Assembly: GCA_036630325.1 (NCBI GenBank)
Contig: CP142726.1
Coordinates: 744,001 to 808,000, forward strand
Direction: 5' to 3'
Origin: Vairimorpha necatrix
Taxonomy: Eukaryota
DNA: 64,000 nt
A program made the translations under genes and the position numbers. Below, in pieces: positions 26,626 to 39,571 of this stretch. The notes under the pieces were generated by a model. It was given only the letters and a program-made list of their open reading frames with translations, did not search any database and was not told where the DNA came from. Position 1 is the first letter of the stretch; every line of letters begins with the position of its first letter.

Positions 26626-27277
26626 GGTACATGACCGTTTGGAACCCGCATTGGGAAAATAACCCCGCTTTAAAATTTTAAAGGACCCTCTTTAAAAATG
26701 GTAAAATTGGCAAAAACAATGTTTGTTGAGGAAGATGAGCTTTTTAGTGATGAAATGTATTTATGCATGGAATACAGAGAAAAGTTTATTTTGGAAACAT
26801 TTGATGCTGAATCGGCGTGCGCCTTACATGTTTCTATAACTAGTAGAAATACTGCTTTTTCCTTGAGGTAATACAAGATAATGTATAACCTGTTTCTATT
26901 ATGATCTCTAATCAATGGGTAGCATATGAGGCCACAATGGACAAGCAAAGGAGTGGAGCACAGTACTATGAATCATTTTATTAATGCTGTAACCCCTAGC
27001 GATTCTGAGTTACAATACCAAATAATTTGGTTGATTTGGGCTCATTTCTATAAGAGATATTCGATCTAGACATAAACAAAGACGAACACTATGAGTACCT
27101 TTTACAGTTTCTCTGGGCTTATCAAATTCCCAAAAATTACCGGATAAATTCTCTTCTGTCATTATTTAAAATAAATCATCAAGTTCCAAATTTTTATAAT
27201 TTCTTTTTATTTTTCCCTTTTTTTGAATTTTTCAAAGCGGGGGTTTACCCACTGCGGGTTCACAACGGTCATGTACC
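26626..27277 (+). mobile_element. Non-autonomous Merlin-type element (652 bp)
   Basis: TIRs of about 50 bp starting GGTACATGACCGTT. Perfect 8-bp TSD GATACTTC (26618-26625, 27278-27285). Internal relic EHSTMNHFINAVTP. Confidence 0.9.
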
Positions 27278-29327
27278 GATACTTCAATTTTTATTTTATA
27301 AAAATAATTGAAGTATTATTTTATAGGGTTCAGTATGATTTACTTGATTTAACAAATATATATAGTTTGTAAAGTTTAAATTATTAAAATTTCGCATGTG
27401 AATTTTAAATCGTTAGTTTTAATTTATTATCATTTTACGTTCAGTAGAACATTTTTTTATGCTGAAATATATAGTTTTTTTATGTTACAAATTACTTTCA
27501 ATAAATCAAAGACCATGCGCAAATATTTAATGATTTTAGAAGCCAATGGTCCTGTAAAGAATAATTAAACTAGATTATATTCCTCTATAAGTACCTAGAA
27601 AAAAAAACAATGTAATTTAAAAAAATTACTTAGCTAATTAATAATCTTGTAAGTCTTATTGGCCTTTGCAAAGAAATTAACGCAGAAACACAACTGGACG
27701 TCTTTTACGCTTGAAGAGTCTTATTAGCACCTTTAGCCTAGGCGTATATTAACTGCTAGGAATAAATGTATCATAATTGTTATTTATGTATGTCAATATT
27801 GGTAAATACATATCTGCTAAATAAATGATGATACTTATATTTTAGTAGAATAACTATTAATATTTTCGCAACAAAGTTATTCTATGCGCGTGTCAAGAGT
27901 GCTTTTCAATCGGATGTGTAAATATACAATATTGCATTAAATGAAATGTCAATTTGTGTAAATTTATATGATTAGGTGAAATGGAAAAAAAAATAACAAC
28001 CAAGTCAGAATGTTAACATCTTTCATACGCTTGTTACATCTTATATTTCGTAGTTACTAAAACACCATCTAAACAAAACTCAATTATTTAACTCTTTTAT
28101 AAGATCAAAATTGGTAATTGTATTTATAAACGAGCCTGCATTCAAAACTTTACCCGTCTATTTATGTGGATTCATCGGGCAATATAATTTCTATCTATTA
28201 ATCAAAAAAGTTCACATTCCGCCCACTTTTTGATGTCACTTTCAATATAAGTTTTTAGGCGTCAGTATACTAACCTCTTCATCATGTTTCTACATTATTG
28301 ATGACAAGTAAATATTTTTGCATCTTACGTAAACAGTATGGTATAGATTTTGACTTCAATTTTGTTTTTAAAATTTTTTACAAGTTTTTTTCTTTTCATT
28401 TCTATTGTGAACTATCAAATTATATATATCATGTGTCGTAGCCGATCAAATACTGACCAATCATATTCATACAAATGAATATATTCAATTAACTACAAAA
28501 ATTATTTAAAAACATTTCCAAAAGAGGGAAAGGAAAATAACAATTAACATGTTGACATCGTCTATGATATACACATAATCATCTATGTTGAATTTTTTAA
28601 TTTGTTTATATTATCTGACCTGTCCTAATTGTGATTTTAAATATGGATTCGGCTTTAAAAAATGGTTTCTTTTCTTAAAAAAAATAAATAGGACCTTGAT
28701 AATTTTATTTTTTATTATTAAAATAATGATATAAAGTAAATAATCATTTAACCCCCAGAAATTATTAAGTATACGCAATATATAATTCAAATAAAATATA
28801 AGTTACAAATACGTATTTATTTATCTTTTTTTGATGCAAAATATCAAATTAAAATTATTTTCATTTTGTCATTTCTAATATAATGAGAAATTTTTTTTAA
28901 ATTTTTAAACAAAATAAAGAATACAATTATAGTGCCCTTAAGAAACTAGAAAAATCTTGTTTAATATTGTATTTTATATATAAAGTTCTATTAACGCGCA
29001 TATGAATGAATATGTTTACTTAACTTATTTTCATTCTTGTTGAGGATGTTTTCAATAAAAATTATTCATTGCTTGGAATTCAATATAGAGCAAATATGAT
29101 TTTACGTATCATTATAATTTATAAGTAAATCAAATATAATCAAGTAAATAACATAATAATGAAATCTAATTATAAAATGTCAGAAATTTGGCCTTTATCG
29201 AAATAAATTATAACTGAAATGTATTTTAAGTAGTAACAATCTAATAGTTATTCTGAAATGTTTTTAATTGTTTTATATACAGACATAAAATTTAAAAATA
29301 TTTTTTTGTAAAATTTTGACCCATAAG

Positions 29328-30107
29328 ATGTTCGTTTTTTTGATATTATTGATTCTAAATATACAAAAATTAATAGCTGCTAATGAAATTAAAACTGGCA
29401 ACAAAAACAAAGAATCCATCATAAACATGCTACATCGTATCATTGGATGCGAATATCCTGCCGATAGGAAAGCAAGGCTGGAAAAAGAGGCGAATTTTAG
29501 GTCTGGGCAGATAATAGCAAAATTGATTTTTGACAGTGTGTTAAAAAAAATTACATTTCCTTTAAAAATGCAGACCAGCTGGCCGATTGATTCCAAAGAA
29601 GAAGAATATGAAATACAGAAAACGGACATAAAGTTTGATCTATATGTGAAAGCTCTGGTTAAAGAAACCGACAGAATAGCTTTTTCTGGCAAAGAGAAAG
29701 ATCTGGTCAAAGAAACCGACAACATAGCGTGTTCTGGCAAAGAGAAAGCCCTTAGAATCTTAGTATATTCTCTTGCTAATCAAACTAAACCATTATTTAA
29801 TGCTATAAAAAATGCTAATGTTTCTCCAAAAGAACTTCATTATGATATTATTAGCAAAAATATTTCTTAAATTTTAAATATTAAAATGAGTGAATTCAAT
29901 AATTTGAAAATTGAGGAAGTTTTGAGGTATGAAGACTCTGAAAAAATTTATAATAATTTTGATAATGGGAATTTTAAAAAGAAAATTATTAAAGAAATAC
30001 TTAACCGAAAACACAAAAGCCCATTTACTATAAAGTTAGTAGGATATATCATACTATTCTATTCCGTAACTTTTGTCTTGCTTATTGTAGCTCAATATAA
30101 TAAATAA
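29328..30107 (+). pseudogene. Signal-peptide family member 5, single in-frame TAA at 29868, C-terminal hydrophobic segment
   Basis: CCCATAAGATG start and FPLKMQTSWP. The downstream ORF 29886-30107 is in the same frame and ends LVGYIILFYSVTFVLLIVA. Confidence 0.82.
29655..29750 (+). repeat. 48-bp in-frame tandem duplication
   Basis: LVKETDRIAFSGKEKD / LVKETDNIACSGKEKA, units starting at 29655 and 29703. Confidence 0.95.
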
Positions 30108-30244
30108 TATTATATTGATTTATTAATACGACAAAAAAGTAAATTTTTTAGTTCTTACTTTTATTTATAAAATTTAACGAAAACAAAAGCTTTTTATTCA
30201 TAGTATATATAATTTATTTATTGAAGCTATTATTGGGGTTATAA

Positions 30245-30460
30245 TCTTCAATTTACCTCCACTGCCGCGCACTCTATCTTGCCTCTCCTCCTTCTTGCTA
30301 CCTCTACTATGTTCTTGGTTCCAGATCCTCCTTCGCCGAGTCCCTGCTGATGTTTAAAGGAGATGTTCTCTAATGTCTTCTTTGTAATTTTCATTTGATT
30401 TTAAGCTTCGGTACTAGTCGATAGGCCGATGACATTAATATAATTGCTGTGGTGTTTTGC
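30245..30460 (-). mobile_element. 3' fragment of RLE non-LTR retrotransposon
   Basis: The minus strand reads KHHSNYINVIGLSTSTEA*NQMKITKKTLENISF, aligning with KYHRKYIKELEIQPYLEAYIQSIVMKKTLESISL. Confidence 0.7.
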
Positions 30461-30879
30461 ATAGAAAATATTAATTTTATTTAAAAAGTCTATGAATGTA
30501 AACTTGCTGGTAGGACAAAGTCATGTTACTGTCATGATATTCATATTTTAGTCGTTTAAAAATATTAAATGTTGGTATTAGATTGAAAAAAATATTAAAG
30601 TGAAAAGAAATACTCATATGTTTTGGTTGTAAAGTCGTATTTTGAAACTAAATCTAGAATTGAATTAATAATCCCTATAGCCATATACAAAGAGATAACA
30701 TTTACACTTATGGCGTAAATACAAAAAAAATTTGCTACCTACTTTTATTATTCTTAAAACATTAATAATATATGTTTAAATAAAAGGACTATCTATTAAA
30801 AATAGTCAAAAAACTATCCTATTAGGCAATAGATAATAAGTTTATAATTCTTTATCATATATTTGGATTTAAAATTTGA

Positions 30880-30911
<32 letters not shown>

Positions 30912-30914
<3 letters not shown>

Positions 30915-31570
30915 CGTGGACACTCAGTACAAGAGATCATGGAAAATGATCGTGCAGAAATAAGAGTAGATACGAGAATATCCACTAATATAAAGGTAAC
31001 CCATAATAAGCCTGATATTCTTGTGTTTGACAAGAAGAAGAAAGAAATTTTAATAGTTGAAGTTGGTATAACCAACCAGGATCGACTTACTATAGTTGAG
31101 AATGAAAAACTAAGAAAATATGACCTTCTTGCAAATGAACTGGGACTAATACATAAATCCCGGACAAGAATAGTTCCTTATGTAATGACATGGGATGGAG
31201 TGGTGACCAAATATCACAGAAAGTACATCAAGGAGCTAGAAATCCAACCCTACCTGGAAGCATATATCCAGTCTATTGTGATGAAGAAGACTCTAGAGTC
31301 CATCTCTTTGGAACGACGACGAGGATACGATCAGGAGGATGCAGGAGAAGAAGAAGTGGCTAGAGCTGTAAGCGCACTAGCGAATATGGCGACTGTTAAA
31401 GAAGTGGTGTCGGCAAAGGGGAATGAAGCTGCTAAAGTGAAGTTGGAAAACATTAATAATTCCACAGAAACCAAAGTCTGTGAAGAGCTGAATCCCATGA
31501 GCGATACCGGGGAAAGCTGTGCTATGAATATCTAAACATAATTGAAAATTAACTCAATAAATCTTTTATT
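30912..31570 (+). mobile_element. 5'-truncated RLE non-LTR retrotransposon (R4/Dong-like) inserted in a (TA)n tract
   Basis: Open frame HSVQE..KPDILVFDKKKKEILIVEVGIT..EKLRKYDLLA, stop at 31535, AATAAA at 31556; (TA)n at 30883-30911 and 31571-31593. Confidence 0.92.
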
Positions 31571-32664
31571 TATATATATATATATATATATATTTACTTA
31601 TCATATGAATTTGCAACATCCAAAAAATTTAGATAAAAATACACATAGCTTTATGCTCATAATAAAACTAAAAAAATCCTGATATATGCTTCAAGAGTCT
31701 ATGAAAAATACCCTAGGAAGGCATTTTCCTTATACGAGACCTTGATATTTTTCGGGTAGAAATGGCCGAGAACCCAATGTAAGATGTCCTATGCTACTAT
31801 AAAAATTCATACCGGATTTCGTGAGTGTATTCTTTGAAAATTATAAAACTAATTGATTTAATATATTAATAAACTTAAATTTTTTTAATATATATAGAAA
31901 ATATTTATGAAATTTAAACTTGCTCTAATGATAAATTTGTTCGTTAAATACAAGGTCGATAAAATATTTATGAGAATAGTTTTCATTACTTAAGTTCATA
32001 ATTTGTATTGAATTTCCGTTATACTGTTATTTGCTAAATATGTCGTTAGTTTGCGAAATTTTGTCGTGTTGTTCTAATGAGAATTTTTAGAGTCTTTTTT
32101 TCATATACTTCTTGAGTTTAAAAAATGCACAAATTTCGCCTTAAATATTTTGATAAAATTTAATAAATTTATTATTGCATTAATAATTATTTATGTGCTA
32201 TCAACCCACTTATTCTTTTTAATTTGTATTGATGATGAAAATTATTATAATAATTATGATTACTTATTGTAAGTTATGTACCTAATGTATGAAATATATA
32301 GTTAGATTATAAGAAATAATACATACTTCCATATAAACTCAACGGCCCAAGTGTTTTGTTTTATCATATATTATATGTTCTTGACTATTTTTTTCCTACA
32401 TATATTTTTTTTTTTGAAAAATATTTACATCATCTTTTGTATTATATTAATAAACTTCTAAAATAAAAATAAAAAAGATTTAATAATTAAGAATACGTTA
32501 TAAAAATTTTAATATTTTTGTTTATTTGTTAATTCAACAGCAGTTGTGAATAAAAGTTACAAAGGTCATTATTTGTTTTCAAATAAACTAATGTTTTAAA
32601 AAAATTAAAATAAAATAATTTTGATATTTTCTAATCTTAAAAAGTAAAAATAGGTCTCTTGCAT

Positions 32665-33350
32665 ATGTTTTTGGTTTTTGTATCAAACATTTTGAATGTA
32701 CAAAAAAAAATAATAGCTAACATCGAAAATGATATCGATTTAGTATCCACCAAATATACAAAAAAAAAATAAAATATCTAATGAAATACTTTTGAAAAAA
32801 AATGAACAGCTCACAAATAAAAAAACAAGAACGGAAAAATAAAAAGCAATATTGAATGTAATATTTGAAAGTATGTAGAAAAAACAACATTCCCTATAAA
32901 AATGCAACCTAACTGGCGAAAGAAAAATAAAAATGAATATGACATGTTAAAAGAAGATATAGATTAAACTCTATTTGCAAAATATCTATATTTTTGCGAT
33001 AAAAAAAAAGAGACATGGAAAAGACAAAGCTGTTCAGATTTAATATCAAGTCTGACTGATCGAACTAAAAGATTATAGTAAAATTTGATATTTATCGATC
33101 AAGGTTTGAAGAACTTAACATCTACATCGTTAAGACATTTGTAAATGAATTATAAATTATAAAGCGGACGAAAAAATAATCTATTGGCTAAGGTTTTTGA
33201 CAAACGATAATTTTTAAGGATTTTTATTTCAGAATCAAAAATATTTATGAACTACTGTTTATTTTTCATGTGGCATTTAAAAGCAGCTTTGATGTATCTT
33301 TCACTCTAATAGACAGAGAGGAAGATAAGAATGTAGATTATAAGAAATTA
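32665..33350 (+). pseudogene. Signal-peptide family member 6, heavily degraded
   Basis: ATG TTT TTG GTT start, IFES, FPIKMQPNW and L.DRT relics with many frameshifts; closest to 35342-36046. Confidence 0.75.
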
Positions 33351-35341
33351 TAACTGATTAAAAATATTTGAGATTTGTAATAATTAAAAATTCTTTAGGG
33401 GATTGTTAGGGTTGTCAAGATCATTTTTTTTTCTTGTTGACCATAATTGGGGCAACATGTTAAAATTTTTTAGCATTAATCTCAACTTGGCAATATTTTT
33501 TTTAAATTTACATATAAAATGTATTTTACATTAATTTTATTATGTTATCGAATTTCAGAGTTTACAAATTTACGTGTAATTTCATAAAAAAAATTAATAT
33601 CGAAAATGCAGGGGATATGTATGACAAAGACAAGTAAATCTACAAGTGTTACTGGCGGCTAATTCGTATGTGACAAAATTACTCAAAAAATTAAAATTGG
33701 AAAAAAAAAATACAACTCGAAAGTATTCTAGTTTTTTTCTGCTGTCATAAACAATAAATTACTCCCGAAAACTTAAATGCGAAGTGTACAGGCCAAACAA
33801 AACTAAGAAATGCAAGTTCAAATGAGCTAAAACGCATAATATAAACACGCGGCTTTGACATTTCGTAACCTTTAGTTAGAAATGATATACATAATGTATA
33901 CAAATCTTTTACTCCATTTTAATTTTAGAACATCATCAAAAAAATGTTTTGTATTGTTCATTTAGGCATATTTTTAGAAGAAAATGACTTTTTAGTGTAA
34001 TTGCACTGTCAATAAGCGAAAGTTGGAATATATAAAGATGTTATCATGATAAAAATTAGTAATAGATTTTCACTGAATTAACCTTTATATAGTCTAATAA
34101 ACAAACTAATGCAAAAATCCAAGCTTGTGTATTTTAAATAAACATGTACAAATATGAAGTAAATAAAATAATTTATTTATTTGTAAATTCTCATGGGGTC
34201 ACATTTCTTAGTTGCATTTATGAAAGCGGTATTGTCGGCTCATGTGCCAGTAAAGTTTCGTACAGAAAGCGTCGTTGCAATTTGCGCTCTTACACTTTTT
34301 ATGAGCATTTTGCAAAATCTCCTATAGAGTTATATAATCTACATTCTTTTAGGATTTATTGTTTAAAGCATTTATATGCCTTACTGTTTGTGGAAATTTT
34401 ATTACATCGAAAAAAATTTATAACGTAGTGTAAATTGTTTATGCATGTTTGTGAATAAAAATTAGCTTTTCGCTCTAATAATTATACATTATTAACTTCA
34501 ACAAATCTTATATTTTTCAAGTCGATGGTTTTCTTGAGTTTATACTTAAAACAATAAGTTTATTTATAACGTAGATTTTTTATACGCGGCATAGTGATTT
34601 TAAATAGATTTGCTTATGCGTTATTAAAAAAAAAAATTTATTATGATTTTTATATTTACAATATGAATCAAATATTCAATCTTTAAGCCTTTTGGTTGAT
34701 TTCGTAAATCATATTGCAATGTCGTAATTTATGATTAAAAATTTAGGACTTTAAAATCATATTCTCATTTTGAAAAAAAATATTTAAAGGATATTTTTAA
34801 TATAATGATACAAACCATATTTAAATACGTTCATATTTTTCATGTAAAAGATAAAATGCGCTGTATAAAGTATAAGATTATTTTACCGATTATTCTTAAT
34901 GTAAAAACATTAATTAAAGATCTCTAGTTAAATTTATTATCAATGTTTTTGTCGTATTTCAAAAAGTTTTATTTAAAACATGAGAAACTTAAAAAAAACG
35001 AATGTATTCTTGACATGTCAAATGTGTCAATGTAAATACAAACAACGACATTTGACATATATTATATGGTTTTAAAGTTATATCAATACCGTATTAGTAA
35101 ATATAAAGCGAACCAAATTTAATTACCTGCTTTTTGGTTACTAGATTAGAGTATATCAGCCGTGAATAACATAATTAAATCAAATTATATGATAATTCAG
35201 CAAATAAATTTTTTTTTTTTGTTTTTTTGAGTAAAGCAGTTTACCAAATTTTACGAATGAAATATTAACAAACTTAATTTGAAATTTTAGTAAATTATTT
35301 TATGACGGTTGTTTTCATATAAAAAAATTATCACCCATAAA

Positions 35342-36046
35342 ATGTTTTTGGTTTCAATATTACTTACCATTAATATAAAAAAACTTTTAGCTAGTGAAAA
35401 CGATGGGAAAAATATGACATCAGAATCTATTAATAGCAATTGTATTGAAATTGATTATTTACAGAATAAACAAAACGATTATGAAATTTTTAAAATAGCA
35501 AAAGAAAGATCAATATTATCGATGATATTCGAATGTATGCTGGAAAATTTATTTTTTCCTTTACAAATGCAATCTAGTTGGCCAAAAGAGTTCAATGGCG
35601 AAGAATATGAAATTACTAAGGGAGACTTGGATTTTGATTTATACATAAAAGCCATATATGATGGCTACAATATTGAAGAAAAATATTCTGGCAAGAATAA
35701 AGCGATTTATGATTTAATAAATAATCTCGCTGATCGAACTAGAATTTTTTTTGTTGAGTTAATATGTATGGATCGAGATTTAAAAAAATTGAATATTTTT
35801 ATGATAAAAAAACATTTAGATGAATTTGTAGATATTGAACTGGATAAAGATAAGAATTTAATAATTAAACAGATTTTTGAAGACGATGATGTAAGAAGTG
35901 CTATTAAAAACATAAAAAATAGACATAAATTGCATATAAATATTTTGAAAGAATATAAAAAAAAGATTAATATGTCGGGGTTTAAACTTAAAGCAGTGAG
36001 TTCTCAGTCCAACGAAGCATGTGTGCTTAAAATGAACCAAAAATAA
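35342..36046 (+). CDS. Signal-peptide family protein (member 7)
   Basis: CCCATAAAATG start; MFLVSILLTINIKKLLAS; FPLQMQSSWPKEFNGEEYEITKGDLDFDLY. Confidence 0.88.
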   Translation: MFLVSILLTINIKKLLASENDGKNMTSESINSNCIEIDYLQNKQNDYEIFKIAKERSILSMIFECMLENLFFPLQMQSSWPKEFNGEEYEITKGDLDFDLYIKAIYDGYNIEEKYSGKNKAIYDLINNLADRTRIFFVELICMDRDLKKLNIFMIKKHLDEFVDIELDKDKNLIIKQIFEDDDVRSAIKNIKNRHKLHINILKEYKKKINMSGFKLKAVSSQSNEACVLKMNQK

Positions 36047-37448
36047 ATACTTAAAATGCAATAAGTAACTTAAATATGTATTTAATTTATATGAAAAATC
36101 AATAATAGATTTAATTAAAAAAAATGATTTTAAATTAGTATGAATATTTACAACCCCATTACTTTTAAAGATATAAATCTTTAATAAGATTTTTAAAAAT
36201 TCGAGTTGAGACGCACTAGTGTTATGTAAAAAGAATTTAGGTTTAAACACCAGTTACCTGTCAAATTAATTGTAATACTTTAAAACTTCTTATTCGCTGT
36301 TGACACATCAGATTACAAAGCAATAAAATTGAAACAACATTAATGTTGGCAAAAACATACAGCTTCAGTAGTTTCTTTTTGGCAAAAAGGTGCCATGAAC
36401 AGCAAAATGTAATGTTTAGGATTTAATTAAAAGTTGAAATCTTAGTAAGAACTAGAATTATTAAGGATTATAAAATATGGAAGAGCTTTGACAACATAAA
36501 AAACAGAAGGTGGATTTAATACGTAAAGATGGCGTTAAAAACGCGCCAAAAGGAGCTTTGCATCATTTTTTGCAATATTATATACATTGACAATTAAAAA
36601 ACGGCAGACTAAATTAATTTGTAAAATTATTATCACAAGGGACGTTTCGATAATTTTATGCAATTGTATATATTTTGGTAAAAATTACGCGATGTATCGC
36701 CTGTTATTCATATTTTTATATTAAAAAGTTTTTGTTTTTTATTTGTGCATTATAAATAAAGCACTTTCGATTTTGTAAATAAGAGACAATGAAACCTTGG
36801 CCGAAATAATAATACGTCAGTCTTTTGTTTTAAGTACTATTTTCATGTCTCGGCAGCGCTAATATTTAAGCAAAAAAAATTGTAAATAAACCAGATTTGT
36901 AAAATATTTTCCGTCATTGTCGTATTAAAAGTTTTATGAAATAAATTATACTGAAATTGCTAGAGATTGAAAACCTACATGAGAAATCGGAGCAGCTGTA
37001 AAAAATTGTAGGTACTATTTTAGTCCTTTTAAAAAAATATTACATTCCAAAAAAAACATTTTGGCTATGTAAAAAGCTTTCTTTGTATTTGCATTTTAAA
37101 TGAGATAAAAAAAGGTTACTAAACTAATCAGTTCCGTGTCTCAACTATGAGCACAAGTGTTGCTCGGGCTGTCAGATACTATAGTTATCGCTACTCTAAG
37201 TAAAATTATAAATGCATAAGTAGATCTATATTTTTATCTATTACTATATGTTACAATGGACTTGATAATGTGTAAATGTTAAGATTGACAAATGAGGAGA
37301 TTTTAAAAAGATGGCATAACTTGATAACATAGAATTTAGATATTATTTCCTTTACTCTAATTAATAAAATATAAGATGTATCTTATACAGAAGAATTAAC
37401 CGAAAGTATACAAGTTATTATTATTTTGTGATATTTAGTATATTACAC

Positions 37449-38195
37449 TTTTTTGCAAGTAGGAGCTAGGAACCCCCTTACATAAAAACCAATAAGAGTT
37501 GGGTGTGATCGTCATCCAACTGGTACTTTGAGATGTTTACTCACTAAAACCCCCTTCATACAACTTGCCGGTGGAGCAAGCTCCGCCGTATTTATTGGAC
37601 TTTGACACCAGCAACTCTTTTCATTTATACCTCAAATCGCAGTAGAATGACCTCACGGCGGATATACTTAACGGGCATGGCTATCTACAACCCGAGGAGA
37701 GACATCGCCGTACTATTTCAAAGGTCTCTCAATCATCTCTATCGCACACACGGCTTTTTACACGACCACATCACCAGCCCGGCATTTTATTTTTCTGCAT
37801 TAATCATTAGTCTCCCACTAGTTTCGGCCACCGTGTTACAGAATCTTGTAGGATAGGGTCTACGAGATCTTCTATAGTTTTACTATGTCTAGTCTCTTAG
37901 TAGGATCCAGGGCTCCACTCTGGTGTGCTCCAACTAATCCGTACCCATCAGGTACTTTTATGTATCATTAAGTCACCACAAAAGTGATACTGTTTCTAAC
38001 CCTTAAATTGCGTCAATACATTAGCTTTATATCCTTGTGACTGGACACACAAGTTTCATTGAATCAACTTAATGATTATGGACATTTTCATCATCTGAGT
38101 TGTTCCAACTGCATCATAGAAAGTAGAAACAATTTTGGTGCAGGAAACACATCCATTGCTCAATAGAATCGTCTTCGTATTGGGCTAAGGACTCC
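37449..38195 (-). mobile_element. SINE-like retroposon copy
   Basis: The reverse complement is colinear with 10343-11131 over its length; T-run at 37449; head degenerate. Confidence 0.88.
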
Positions 38196-38267
38196 AGTAT
38201 TCAGATCTTTTCCTTCATTTTTTGTTTCTCTTCTTCATTTTCTAAGTTGCTGTTTCTTCCCCTGTTT

Positions 38268-38498
38268 ATGCTGGAGAAATTATTAAAAAGCAGAGACATA
38301 GACAAGTTGCTTGATTTTCTTATCAAGTCTGAAGATTTAGATTACAATGATGAATTAGTAGATTTACTGTCTAATTTTTATAATAAAGAGAAGGATATTA
38401 GTAATATTGTATTATATCTTAATACATTGAAGAATGAGAAAAGTAAGAAGAAAAAGAGTAAAGAAAGTGGATATTTTCTATATAATTATACAATATAA
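38268..38498 (+). CDS. Small hypothetical protein (76 aa)
   Basis: ATG preceded by CCCC, purine-rich coding-like composition, tightly convergent with the Brix gene. Confidence 0.65.
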   Translation: MLEKLLKSRDIDKLLDFLIKSEDLDYNDELVDLLSNFYNKEKDISNIVLYLNTLKNEKSKKKKSKESGYFLYNYTI

Positions 38499-38546
38499 TA
38501 TAATCAAATAATATTTAATCTTTTTTTTTATTTTAATTTTGTTGTT

Positions 38547-39080
38547 TTATAATAAACATTTCTCTTTATTATAATTTATAAATTCTTTGACTATATTTTC
38601 TTTATATTCCGTATATTTCACTACTCTCAGGCTCAAATGCGGCCCCACTTTGCTAAATATTGGTCCTTCTTTACTGAAACAATATTGGTACATTCTAAAA
38701 TACAGGAACTCGTCTTTTACTGTAAAATTGACTATCTGTTTACTGTCGACATTACAAGGAAATAAATCCATAAGAAAATGCGCCAGACTAGTGCCAATTT
38801 CTGTGGAGAAATTGTTAAGAACTAGTTGTGTGTCACCAGACACGGGGAATTTAGTGGGGACTTCTCTGTACTCACAAATACGGAGAGCGAACTGGACTTC
38901 ATTCTTCTTTTTGAGAATTAAGTAAGCGGGAGTGACATCTTGGATTATGTCTATTAAGAAATCTGAGTCTTCTGGGTGTGCTTTGGCTACTTGGGAAGAG
39001 GGAAGAAGAGTCGAGAGAAGAATAATGAGATTTTTAGACTTCTCGTGCATATTTCTTGGTTCTTTAATTGTAATCAGCAT
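38547..39080 (-). CDS. Brix-domain ribosome biogenesis protein (Rpf1/Imp4-like)
   Basis: LVLNNFST.IG..LFP, QIVNF..DEFLYFRMYQY.F and VGPHLSLR match the Brix C-terminal motifs; CCCC motif upstream. Confidence 0.8.
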   Translation of the reverse strand: MLITIKEPRNMHEKSKNLIILLSTLLPSSQVAKAHPEDSDFLIDIIQDVTPAYLILKKKNEVQFALRICEYREVPTKFPVSGDTQLVLNNFSTEIGTSLAHFLMDLFPCNVDSKQIVNFTVKDEFLYFRMYQYCFSKEGPIFSKVGPHLSLRVVKYTEYKENIVKEFINYNKEKCLL

Positions 39081-39281
39081 AAAAGAGGGGAAGATTTAAA
39101 ATATTCCCGCTTAAATTTTATTGGAGACACATTTAATTATAAATAGACATATTTAAATAAAATAAACAAGCTTAAATTTTTAATGAAGACGCGCTCAAAT
39201 TTTTATTAGAGACACGGTTTTTTTAGTATAAAGACACGCTTTATAAAACTAAACATTTGAAATTTAAATTTCTCCCTTTTC

Positions 39282-39476
39282 ATGGATGAGAAAATATTGG
39301 AAGAATTTGACTTCTTCTTTAAAAAGCACAAGATAAATTTCACAATAAAGAAAGAGATCAAATATGACAAGAATATCTCCCTGTCTAAAAGAACACGCCT
39401 TTTAGAATATTTGTGTCTTTTTATTTCCTTAATTATTTTATTTATAAAAATATTGTACAATAATAAGCCCTTATAA
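39282..39476 (+). CDS. Small hypothetical protein with C-terminal hydrophobic segment
   Basis: CCC motif before the ATG; YLCLFISLIILFI; located within a gene-dense island. Confidence 0.55.
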   Translation: MDEKILEEFDFFFKKHKINFTIKKEIKYDKNISLSKRTRLLEYLCLFISLIILFIKILYNNKPL

Positions 39477-39571
39477 ACAAAATATTTATAAATGCAAATA
39501 TTAAATTTAAAATATTTATATTAAATATTTATACTAGATTGTTTTTTTGTTAATACTCTTTTTATTTGATT

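Noticed and set aside
37130-37200. U2 snRNA suggested by minus-strand TAGTATCTG
   Set aside because: The branch-pairing GTGTAGTA, stem I and Sm site are absent.
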